From Macrostomum lignano (lineage: Eukaryota), in NCBI GenBank assembly GCA_002269645.1, contig NIVC01002069.1, positions 1 to 64,000 of the forward strand: a stretch of 64,000 bases of DNA. The letters are read 5' to 3'. Under the pieces are notes generated by a model that did not search any database, was not told where the DNA came from, and saw only the letters and a program-made list of their open reading frames with translations. A program made the translations under genes and the position numbers. Positions 1 to 11,400 of the stretch are shown piece after piece; within the stretch, counting starts at the first letter, position 1; each line of letters opens with the position of its first letter.

Positions 1-1276
1 CCCCAACAACCAAGCATCCCCACTAGGCAGTTTGTCGTCCGTCCGCGGGCTCCTTAATTCTTAAGCGACTGAGCAGAGCACGAGGCGTGAGGAAGTGTAT
101 GTGAGACTCAATCAATTGGCTGGGGAAGAAGGGGAGAGCTGTCCAACGCTGCAATTCTTTATGACACCGGACCGCTTCCCCTTTTCTACTTTTCTTTCCG
201 TGGGGCTTTTTGGCTCTCTCATTTCCTTAAATACATAAATTCACCAACCCTGCTCAATCTTAAGGACAGATTCTCTGAGGTCAACTAAGCTGTGCTTAAA
301 ATCTAGCTGAGCGGCTGAGTGTGACATCTCTATTATCTTATTATTCTTATTATGCATTATTAATTAATGCATCATTAAATTAATTAATGCAGATGAATGC
401 AGCTGTGTCTAATGATATGATATGAAGGCTTCTTGATTTAGCACATGTATATCACGTCTGTACACTTCCGGTTGATTTCAACTATTTGTATAGTACGAAT
501 CAAAACCCGCAACTTTTAATTCCGATTGTTAAATTGTCCCGTAATTAGATATGATACAATCATAAGTATACATGTACCAGTCGCTAAGCCATAAAAGTTA
601 TTCTATTCTATTCATGTTTATTCTGAATGCATGCTTCTGTAATTACATGTATAGCTGTATATCAATCGAATTTCTGTAAAAATGATCCTAAATATTATTT
701 CTCGTTTAAATAACGTTCTTGCAGCAGTTTTCATAGTCCTTTAAAATGCGTTCCTTAAAATGCCTAAAACCTTATTTAATTGTAACATTATTAATGTTGT
801 TTTGATTTTTTCAAGAAATTTCCCTTGGTTTGAATGATTTTTGTAAAACACAAAAATAGTTTTTTAAATTTAAAATAAAATTTTTGGCATGCTTTATTGA
901 GCCAATATACATCGGTATTAAAAAGAAACTGTACGTTTTACCGTTTTTTTAAATATCGAAGTTACACAATAAGTTACAATAAAAAATATAACATGAATAT
1001 GAAAGAACCACTAGACTAGTTAATAACTGCTACTGTATAGTAACTGAATTGAAGGGTCGTTTATTGTCTATTGGCCTGCACTTGCCCCTTGGTGAACGAA
1101 TTTATACATTTTATTTTTCTACGGAATGAAGAAAGCTATTCTCAACTGTTATAATAAAATTGCCGACAAGCCAAGCTGTCTGTTGAAAATTTACTAGCCA
1201 TATACTTTGATAAAAAGATTTGTTATTTAAAAACATTTTTATGCAGTTTAATATACCAAATATTATAATAGCATCC

Positions 1277-1333
1277 CTTACGATGGCAACGGAAATTCCC
1301 AGCTAATGTACAAAGACGGTATCCATAAGCAAC
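1277..1333 (+). promoter_or_regulatory. Two X-box-like (RFX) motifs upstream of CFAP20
   Basis: CTTACGATGGCAAC (1277-1290) and GTATCCATAAGCAAC (1319-1333) resemble GTNRCC-N0-3-RGYAAC with mismatches; ciliary genes are typical RFX targets. Confidence 0.35.
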
Positions 1334-1458
1334 AAGCGCACTGTTTTAAATTCTGGTTATTCAACATCTTTCCGTAACAAAGCGACAACTTTTGTTTGTT
1401 TGTAACAAATAGCTCTTTGCTTGGAAATTTTACCTTTCTGTACAGAAAAGGCATTGGT

Positions 1459-3480
1459 ATGTTTAAGGATACATTTCAAAGTGGCTTTCTTTCAGTACTG
1501 TACAGCATTGGCAGTAAGCCGTTGACGATCTGGAATAGAAATGTAAGTTAAACATCTTTACATCCTGTTTGCGATTGAGCAACGTAAACAGTTATATTCT
1601 GTACCAAATAGTACACTGCCCAAAGCTTTATAAGTCTATGACTATGACTATGACCATGACTCTATTACTATTCCATGTTTTTTCTATGCAAAAAATGTAT
1701 AACTATTTTTATACAGGTGTAATAAATATGTGCAAATATATAATCCCTGCTTTGACTCTAAGTCATGCAGAAATAATCAGACTTGCTGCTCAAACAGAAT
1801 TTTGGATTGAAATTTATAATTATTTTGAGTTTTAACAACAAAATTTAATGAAAATACTTTACTTGAAATGTAAAATACTGGGTTTTATTTACCTATGATT
1901 AAGGTTAAATATTTCTACTTTCCAACTTCAGGTAAAAAATGGACACATCAAGAGGATTACAGACAATGACATTCAATCACTTGTATTGGAAATTATGGGC
2001 ACTAATGTCAGCACAACATATATCACATGTCCCAAAGAATCTGGCAGAACACTTGGAATTAAGCTTCCATTCCTTGTGATGATCATCAAGAATTTGAAGA
2101 AGTACTTTACATTTGAAGTACAGGTAAGACAGTGAAATGTGCTTTATTGCTGTTAGAAATACGAGCTAGAAAGCCTAACTTTATGCAATGTAACCGACAG
2201 GGGCTTAGCTAAGGGCAAGGGGGCTTGGCTTCTAAAAACTTACTGGCAATAGATGGCGCTCATTTGTGGTAGTTTTGGTGCCCTTCAAATGAAATGGCGC
2301 CACCTAAATGAAATGGCACCTCTCAAATGAAATGGCGCCCTTCCTCAATGAAATGGCAACTCTCAAATGAAATGGCGCCCTTCCCCAAACGAAATGGCGC
2401 CTCTCAAATGAAATGGCGCCCTTCCCCAAACGAAATGGCGCCTCTCAAATGAAATGGCGCCCTTCCCCAAACGAAATGGCGCCCCCTCATTGAAAAAGCG
2501 CCCTGTCAAACGAAATGGTGTCGCCCCAGATGAAATAAGCACCCCTCAGTGACGTGACAAAAAATCCAAAATCCAGACTGAGTGCCTGTATACCAGTTAT
2601 AACAAATCTATGCATATATAATCGATGTTTCAGATCCTTGACGACAAGAACGTCAGACGGCGGTTCCGAGCCTCCAATTATCAGAGCACCACCCGGGTGA
2701 AGCCGTTCATCTGTACCATGCCGATGAGGCTTGACGAAGGCTGGAACCAGATCCAGTTCAACCTGTCCGATTTCACCAGGCGAGCCTACGGCACTAACTA
2801 TATTGAGACGCAGCGAATTCAGGTAAAAATACATGTAGCTCAAATCAGTTTTTTAATAGAGCTAGATATATCTGTTTTGTTTGTAAAGTCATTACAATTG
2901 CATGAATTTTTTTCAAGGGGGCTGAAGGGATTGTAACCTAGTGGTTAGAGCGTCGGACTCACGACAATTGAAGGTCGAGGGTTCGATTCTTGATCCCTGC
3001 ACTGGAATGATTTGTGTCCTTGAGCAAGACACTCAAATCTGCATTGCTTCAGTTCACCCAGCTGTAAAATGGGTGCCAGCGTTAGCTGGGGTAATTGAGG
3101 GTGTGAGTGTGGCCCCTTCCAGTCCTTGGACTGAACAGGCCGTATGCAGCCTTCAGATGCGTCGCGCAATAGCTGCGGCTGAGCTGTCGGTTGCACATTA
3201 TCTTCATTCAAATTGGTGCGTCACAGCGTGGGAGAGATTTCACACATACAAACCATTATAGAAAGCCATCCATTAGTAATCTTTTTATCAGCTACCATTG
3301 GTTTTTTATATACCGTTGCCTCATCCTCAAATACCCACCCAGATCCACGCCAACTGCCGGATCCGTCGTGTGTACTTTAGCGACCGACTGTACACCGAGG
3401 ACGAACTGCCGGCAGAGTTCAAGCTGTACCTGCCGGTGCAGGCAAAAGCGGACAAGCCTGGGCCGCAGGCGGTGGCCTGA
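1459..3480 (+). CDS. CFAP20: Cilia- and flagella-associated protein 20 (BUG22), 4 exons, 200 aa
   Basis: Exons 1459-1542, 1932-2123, 2634-2822, 3343-3480; all introns GT-AG, phase 0. Translation [22 protein letters not shown]...[44 protein letters not shown]...[17 protein letters not shown] matches the highly conserved CFAP20 sequence. Confidence 0.97.
2281..2546. repeat. Minisatellite, ~20-22 bp units with AAATGAAATGGCGCC core, CFAP20 intron 2
   Basis: Visible tandem copies of caaatgaaatggcgccc. Confidence 0.9.
2927..3205 (+). mobile_element. tRNA-derived CORE-SINE-like element, family A copy 1
   Basis: A-box-like tagtggttagagc and B-box ggttcgattc, then gtgtccttgagcaagacact...cagttcacccagctgtaaaatggg resembling the CORE domain. 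Homologous copies at 35577 and 58003. Confidence 0.8.
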
Positions 3481-3726
3481 GCGGCAGTGAACTCAAATTA
3501 TCATAAAGCTGTTTTAGCCGTACATGTACCTGCTGCATACCTGTAACTATTGTACCTGTACTTGTATGATGAGAGTTATTATCGCAACGGCAGAGAAAAT
3601 CAATTTGAGAAAAAGTTCGTTAAAGCTGCATTGCATTGGTCTTTATTAATTACCATTGGCAGCAATTCAACATAGAATCAAGGGGTAGCATATTAGTTGC
3701 CATAGACTATAGTAATCAGTTCAAGA

Positions 3727-3970
3727 CATAGACAACTGAAGAAAGACGCTGCGATCGATTTTCTTAGAAATTCGGTAAGGAACGTGGCGTATATTTGTCG
3801 TACCGTCATTTTTTTATAGACAGAATTTGTCTATGGCTAAACGCCATTCAGGGCTATGCGTTTTCGAGAGCATAGTAAATGCACCAGCGATACGACTAAT
3901 ATGCGCTCCTTAACAAACTCCAGCTCATTTCTAAGAAACTCGAGTGTGGCGTCTTTCTGTTTTAGCTGTC
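3727..3970. mobile_element. MITE-like imperfect palindrome
   Basis: Left arm gacaactgaagaaagacgc...tttcttagaaat...gtcgtaccg matches the reverse complement of the right arm cgatacgac...atttctaagaaa...gcgtctttctg...ctgtc. Confidence 0.6.
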
Positions 3971-4483
3971 CTCAATTCAAGCTATATTTATAGTTTTATT
4001 AATAATTAATAGTCTGAATTATAGTAAATGTAATTATAATATGCTTGTAGTTATTGCCTATGGAGTCAAAAACTTCGTTGCTATAAAGTGGATCTAGAGA
4101 ATCTATATAAACCTAAATGTCCTTTTCCCAACATTCCAGTCTTTTCGCACTCAGTTATAAAAATCTGTTTTAGCCGAGGCGAACAATTTTATTAATTAGT
4201 TTTAAATGTAAAAATTTACCAGTTTTTAAATAATTAAAATATACATACGAATTTTTAAATATTTGCTATAGTTAAAGTCTTTTTTAAAAATCGAAATGGC
4301 AGCTGTGGGCTTTTAACAAATCGAAAAATAAATTGGTAACGAAACTATTTAATTGATAATATATTATCACATCGACTGCTAACACTTAAGTTTTCAGTTG
4401 TGCTCGATAATATCAATAAATTCTATTTTTGTTTGCTTTAACTTCATTTCAGCTTGCGGATTACATTTGACTCATTTTTAATA

Positions 4484-4982
4484 ATTGAGAATGGCCTGCT
4501 AAACTGTTAAACTACATTGAGAATGGCATGCTAAACTGTTAAACTACATTGAGAATGGCATGCTAAACTGTTAAACTATATTGAGAATGGCCTGCTAAAC
4601 TGTTAAACTACATTGAGAATGGCATGCTAAACTGTTAAACTATATTGAGAATGGCCTGCTAAACTGTTAAACTACATTGAGAATGGCATGATAAACTGTT
4701 AAACTACATTGAGAATGGCATGCTAAACTGTTAAACTACATTGAGAATGGCATGCTAAACTGTTAAACTACATTGAGAATGGCATGCTAAACTGTTAAAC
4801 TACATCGAGAATGGCATGCTAAACTGTTAAACTACATTGAGAATGGCATGCTAAACTGTTAAACTACATTGAGAATGGCATGCTAAACTGTTAAACTACA
4901 TTGAGAATGGCATGCTAAACTGTTAAACTACATAGAGAATGGCATGCTAAACTGTTAAACTACATTGAGAATGGCCTGTTAA
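4484..4982. repeat. 32-bp minisatellite (~15 copies)
   Basis: Unit gagaatggcatgctaaactgttaaactacatt. Confidence 0.95.
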
Positions 4983-5299
4983 ACAAATATTTTCGAGATA
5001 GTAGGATGATCAAGACCCGTCTTTGTACAGGCCAGCGCAGGACAATTTTATTTACGACACTTTCAAATATTAAAATCATAATTAAGTATCATCGATAATA
5101 ATTATACTGATGTGAGGAATTAGTGACAACGTAATCAACCAGATTACTTTACAGATGAAAAGTTATACAGTGAATTAAAAAATACATAAACAAAAACACA
5201 CGAATGAAAATCACATGGACTGAGATTGCCCACTTGGTTTGCAAGTAATAAACAAAAATATGATAAAATTTCTACGAGTAATTTGAAGCCCGATTAGAC

Positions 5300-5530
5300 T
5301 CTAATCTGGCGCCCTCTTAGATTCAAATTTGGCGCCCTCTAAAATCCAAATTTAGTGCCCTCTTAGATTCTAATTTGGCGCCCTCTTAGATTTTTATTTG
5401 GCGCGCTATTAGATTCTTATTTGGCGCGCTCTTAGATTCTATTTTGGCGCCCTCTTAGATTCTAATTTGGCGCCCTCTTAGATTCCAATTTGGCACCCTC
5501 TTAGATTTTAATATGGCGCCCTCTAAAATA
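5300..5530. repeat. ~21-bp minisatellite with TTTGGCGCC core
   Basis: Tandem copies of tttggcgccctcttagattcta. Confidence 0.9.
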
Positions 5531-6344
5531 TCTAATTAGACCTTAGCCAATTGACTGATTCCCTAAAATTTGCAGACTGAACTTTAGGGGCCTAAAATAT
5601 GGAAATATGAGATTCTGGCATTATACTGAAACCCATGTACAGCTTAATTACTGTTACATATTAACAGATGATTACTGCACGCTTACATAGTTAAATAGCA
5701 AAACAAAGTAAATATAAAAATATAAATACATCGAAAGAAACGACATATAACACTTAACAATACAAGGTCGGTGACGTAAGTACTCATTAATTAAGTGAGA
5801 TGGCGTCAACTATGTTATAAAAATGAAGCCAATAGTTAGTTATATGCAAAATTACACTAGCATATGACACGGACAAAATGAAGAACTTATAATACAGTGC
5901 GGTGAAAGCGATGCGAGGTACCTAAAGTACATTGCAGCTAACCATTTTTTTCGCCGTGTTCGATAAAATCGATAAAAATCGATAAAATATAAAATTAAAT
6001 TTTCCATGACGGTAGGAGCTCAGTGCAAGATTAGCGCAAATTTAATTAAAGTACATTATAAGATCCAACTAATTATCACAAGACCATATTTATATAGAAG
6101 GATAAAATTATGAACTAAAAATATTTTTTTTGTTAACAAAACAAAAATACAAGAGCAAACTGTTAAATATTACGGAACCAAGAAAGCAAATTTTGGGCAG
6201 TGGATTTCAAAGGTACACAACGCACTTTCTTGCTATCGAATATACAAGGAATGATGTGCTTCCTCAGCGACTTATACTTAATTGCACTTTTTGACACTAA
6301 ATTAGACTTTTAGAGATAATCAAGCGGTATGCTCTGGTCCTGCA

Positions 6345-7420
6345 CGCTAAACAGAGCAGATTTTACCATAGACATAACCAATCCTGCACGCTACACATAG
6401 AGGAGATTTTGCCACAGACATAACCAATCCTTCACGCTAAACAGAGCAGATTTTACCACAGACATAACCAATCCTTCACGCTAAACAGAGCAGATTTTAC
6501 CATAGACATAACCAATCCTTCACGCTAAACAGAGCAGATTTTACCACAGACATAACCAATCCTTCACGCTAAACAGAACAGATTTTACCATAGACATAAC
6601 CAATCCTGCACGCTACACATAGAGGAGATTTTGCCACAGACATAACCAATCCTTCACGCTAAACAGAACAGATTTTACCATAGACATAACCAATCCTGCA
6701 CGCTACACATAGAGGAGATTTTGCCACAGACATAACCAATCCTTCACGCTAAACAGAGCAGATTTTACCACAGACATAACCAATCCTTCACGCTAAACAG
6801 AACAGATTTTACCACAGACATAACCAATCCTTCACGCTAAACAGAGCAGATTTTACCATAGACATAACCAATCCTGCACGCTAAACAGAGCAGATTTTAC
6901 CACAGACATAACCAATCCTTCACGCTAAACAGAGCAGATTTTACCACAGACATAACCAATCCTTCACGCTAAACAGAGCAGATTTTACCACAGACATAAC
7001 CAATCCTTCACGCTAAACAGAGCAGATTTTACCATAGACATAACCAATCCTGCACGCTACACATAGAGGAGATTTTGCCACAGACATAACCAATCCTTCA
7101 CGCTAAACAGAGCAGATTTTACCATAGACATAACCAATCCTGCACGCTACACATAGAGGAGATTTTGCCACAGACATAACCAATCCTGCACGCTAAACAG
7201 AGCAGATTTTACCATAGACATAACCAATCCTGCACGCTAAATAGAGCAGATTTTACCATAGACATAACCAATCCTGCACGCTAAACAGAGCAGATTTTAC
7301 CATAGACATAACCAATCCTGCACGCTACACATAGAGCAGATTTTACCACAGACATAACCAATCCTGCACGCTACACATAGAGGAGATTTTACCATAGACA
7401 TAACCAACCCTGCACACAAA
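6345..7420. repeat. 44/46-bp minisatellite (~24 copies) just downstream of the RasGAP stop codon
   Basis: Unit gctaaacagagcagattttaccatagacataaccaatcctgcac, with an interspersed 46-bp variant. Confidence 0.95.
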
Positions 7421-7527
7421 CACATAAGCTCCCGACTTCATATAGAGCCTTCATTCTGATTGCCTAAAGCCTAATTTAGTAAACCATTAAAAGTCAATAT
7501 CAATATCTACAATAAATCTGCAATACA

Positions 7528-8436
7528 TCAAACCGGTCTACTAACAGCTCCGCTAGCCTTAGCTTCATTCTCCAACAGCCGCAGGCGTTCCATAATCTCA
7601 GCCAACTGTTTGCTGTTCTCCAACTCTCGGCGCTGGCGTTCCTTGGCGCCGCGTCGGAATTCGTCCATCAGCTGGAGTTTCTCGCGCTCGTTGGAGCGCA
7701 GACGAGCTTCCGTGGCTTCCAGCTGACGACGGGTCTCGTTCAATTCGCGTTGAAGGTCAAGCAGTTCAGAGTTGGCCAATTGCTGCTGCTGCTGCTGCTG
7801 GGGTTGATGATGCGGATGCTGTACAGATCGGAGACCCATTCGAACTTTATGTGGCGGCAGTGGAGGCGGTTGCTGTTGTTCCTGTTGCAATTTCTGATTT
7901 CTGCTTTCGCTGCTGCTTTTAGTACTGCTAGTGCCGGTTCCGACGCTACTAGAAGCAACCAGTTCGCTGCTGCTGGCGTCGCTATCGCTGCTTTCTTCAT
8001 CCTCGTCGTTGTTGGCGTCTCTTCTAAAAGCAGCAGAATCGACGGACGCTTGTTGTTGTTGCTGCTGAGCTGGGGCTGGCAATACCAAAGCGCTGGCCGG
8101 CTTCTGATAAGACGGATTGTGAAATTGCAGCGGAGAATTTCGAGAATCATTTGACCAGTTCAATGGGTCTGGCTGTGTCTGCTTCTGTTGTTGCTTCTGT
8201 TGCTGTTGCTGGGGCTTTCTCAGTCTGCCGCTCTGATAACCACTGCTGCTTCCGGCGCTGCTGCTGACCCCGGAGACGGCGGCAACAGCGGCCGATGCGC
8301 TGGCAACCGTGGCGGCGGCCGAAGCGGCGGCTTCGTCAAGCACCCGCCGCCAATCCTCTTGGATCTGGCTGTGGCCGACGACGGCTGAAGCGCCAGACAG
8401 TGGCCGAGAATCTCGGCCAGTAGAGGCGGCGGTTTC
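7528..8436 (-). CDS. RasGAP gene terminal exon (low complexity plus coiled coil)
   Basis: Acceptor ttcattatttag, phase 0, open to TGA; [19 protein letters not shown] coiled coil. Confidence 0.85.
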   Translation of the reverse strand, partial: ETAASTGRDSRPLSGASAVVGHSQIQEDWRRVLDEAAASAAATVASASAAVAAVSGVSSSAGSSSGYQSGRLRKPQQQQQKQQQKQTQPDPLNWSNDSRNSPLQFHNPSYQKPASALVLPAPAQQQQQQASVDSAAFRRDANNDEDEESSDSDASSSELVASSSVGTGTSSTKSSSESRNQKLQQEQQQPPPLPPHKVRMGLRSVQHPHHQPQQQQQQQLANSELLDLQRELNETRRQLEATEARLRSNEREKLQLMDEFRRGAKERQRRELENSKQLAEIMERLRLLENEAKASGAVSRPV

Positions 8437-11400
8437 CTAAATAATGAAAATAGAAACCGGAATTGATTTCTGCTGGTAGAGTCCTCGCTTAGTGAGAAGA
8501 ATAAATAGAAAGCTTATATCAACATTTGAATATGATTGCAATTTCTAACAACTTCAACGCGTTTCGCACGCCATGGTGCATCGTCAGGATTTTATTAGAA
8601 CGATTTGAGAAATTGAGATTGAAAGCGATTGATTAAATTTTGGTTTTTGCAACGTACACAGGTAAGGAGGGTAAGATTGAAAACAATTGATTACAACTTG
8701 GCTTTAACAACATACATAGGTAGGTACGAGATAAAATTATACGGGTAAACGGAGCGAGTAACTTTAGCTTTCTAAGAATGCCTCGCCATCTAATTAGTAC
8801 TGCGTATAACAATCTGTACAACAATTTAAATAAATTTAAATTGCAGACAGGCACTCATTTTGGCGCCACTGGCAGCCACTCATTTTGGCGCCACAGGCAG
8901 CCACTCATTTTGGCGCCATAGGCAGGCACTCATTTTGGCGCCACTGGCAGCCACTCATTTTGGCGCCACAGGCAGGCACTCATTTTGGCGCCGCAGGCAG
9001 GCATTCATTTTGGCGCCGCAGGCAGGCACTCATTTTGGCGCCACAGGCAGGCACTCATTTTGGCGCCACAGGCAGGCACTCATTTTGGCGCCACAGACAG
9101 GCACTCATTTTGGCGCCCTGAAGCAAAATTATTGATCTCCATAACGGGTCACAAGGTGGGGCGGGCGCCAGCTCGATGGCCCTCTTTTAAATTAGCTTTC
9201 AAGTTCGATTCTGACAGAGCCAAAAACTGCACTGACCTGTCGATCTGCGGCAACCTGCGGCGCCGGGCTCGTGTTCCTCACTGGCCGAGTGTCGCTGTCT
9301 GAGTCGCCATTCGCCGCAGTCGCGGCAGTCAGAGCCAACGATGCCGATCGAGGCTGCAACGGCGGCGGCGATGGCGTCAGAGGCTGCGGGGGAACGTTGA
9401 GCTTGAGGCACACGGACACGGTGTTCAGATGGTCGGACAGACGGTCCAGACAGCGCTTCTGACCATCGGCGCCAACTTCTCCAGGAGCAGCAGAAGCAGC
9501 AGCAGAGAAAGCCGGATGCCCATTATTGCGCAACAATTGCAGAGCTGAAGTTAGTAGAGTGTGAGCCTGCGCCAATTCAAAACTGGCGTCAACAGAGTCG
9601 GCCGAAGCTCCGCCTGCGGCAGGCTGTCGCTGACGGATTGTTTGCAGGCTGGCAACAAAGTGCGCCATGTTCTGTTGGTGCTGCTCCAAGAATTTGTTCA
9701 TAAAATTCATATAGGCCTCTTTGCCGCCGAACCAGGTGCCTGGAGAGGTCAGTTTGTGTTTTAGCTATTTAGCTTAAGGCTACTTTCGATACATATCGGC
9801 TAATTATAATCTAGAGTTCTGTTTAAAGCTACTTTTGATACATATCGGTAGTACACTAAAGCTACTTACGTAGACAAGATTCTATGGACGCCTTTATGCA
9901 AACTAAGCATTCTAGATCAGTTTAATTATTTGCTGACTGCCTTGAGGGGTGATGCTAGCCTATTCAGCTGCGTACTAACCAAAAAAAGTTTGCTTAACTT
10001 AAAAGCGCTGACAGTTAAATACGTTAACCCACTTGGCTATTGACTTTCTTTTGAATCAGAATCTAGCTACTATGAGTAGAAAGGCAAGGAAATATTAAAA
10101 AAACAGATGTGAGTGCTCAGGGGCCAGAGAGAAATCCTCAACAAGGAAATTTATGGCAGCAAAGCACGACAATAGACTTACTGTAAGTTGTCTACCAACG
10201 ATTTCGGTTTAGTGTTAAGATTTAGTCTAGGGTTAGGGTTTAGGTTTTAGATTAGGCGTTTAGTTAAGGTTTAGAGAGATTAAGAGTTTAGGTTAGGTTT
10301 ATGGTTTAGTTAGAGATATTGAGATTAGGTTAAGGATTTATTTTAAGTTTTAGATTAGGTTTTGGGTTTAGTTTAGGGTTTAGATAAAGTTAAGGATTTA
10401 GTTTAGGTTTAGGGTTTAGTTTAGGGTTTAGATTAGGTTCAGGGTTGACTTTAGGTTTTATATTAGGTTTAGGGTTTAGTTTAGGGTTTAGATTAAGTTA
10501 AGGATTTAGTTTAGGTTTTAGATTAGGTTTAGGGTTTAGTTTAGGGCTTAGATAAGGTTTAGGGTTGAGTTTAGGTTTTAGATTATGTTTAGGGTTGAGT
10601 TTAGGTTTTAGATTAAGTTTAGGGTTCAGTTTAGGCTTTAGGTTAGATTAGCGTTTAGTTTAGGGTTTAGGGTAGGTTAAGGGTTTAGATTGGGGTTATG
10701 TCTTAGGTTAGGGTCTGCCGTCCACTGTCGTGGGTTCGTAGAATTTCCTTTACAATAATTGACACTCCTGATTTGATTTAAAATTCAAATAAAAAACGCA
10801 AGCCCCTCGCTTACCATTGGCAAGATTCTGTACAGTTTTAGCAATCAACGTCAAGGACCTCGCCGTCCTCGGTCCGGGCAGCTCCTGGCACAGGCCGAAC
10901 AGAGACGGGCCGAGTATAGCCGGACAGATGAAGCGCAGGAAGATGCTGGCCCCAACCAGCTGGTCGCACAGCTGCTGATCGCTGCGCTGACGGATGCCAG
11001 CGAACAGGCGTCCGAACTCGACAGGCAGTCGATCAACCGAGGTGAACACTCGAGTCCAGAATAGCTCGGCGAATAATCTCAACGATTGCTGATTGGACTC
11101 GAGCTCGGCCTCGCCAGAGACTCTCATCGGATCTACTTCGCAGCACTCGTCGCTACGCAACAGAATCGTGACAGGCTCGGCCAGCACCGAACGCAGATAA
11201 TCCGAGCCAACTAATCTTAGATAATATTCTACACTTTTAGTTGCTATGGAATTGCCGCGGAATGCTACAACAGCGGCCGCTTCGCTAGCGCCGCAGTGTT
11301 CTAATTCTTGCAATAGCAAATCCGCTACCAGGGACTCAGATTTGCCGCTAGAATGAGCCAGGGCTACTAGTTTGCAGGCCAGATCCTCTTTCAGCCTGAC

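Noticed and set aside
7740-8388. Alternative-frame and antisense ORFs over the RasGAP last exon
   Set aside because: Shadows of a GC-rich CAG/GCT-rich coding exon.
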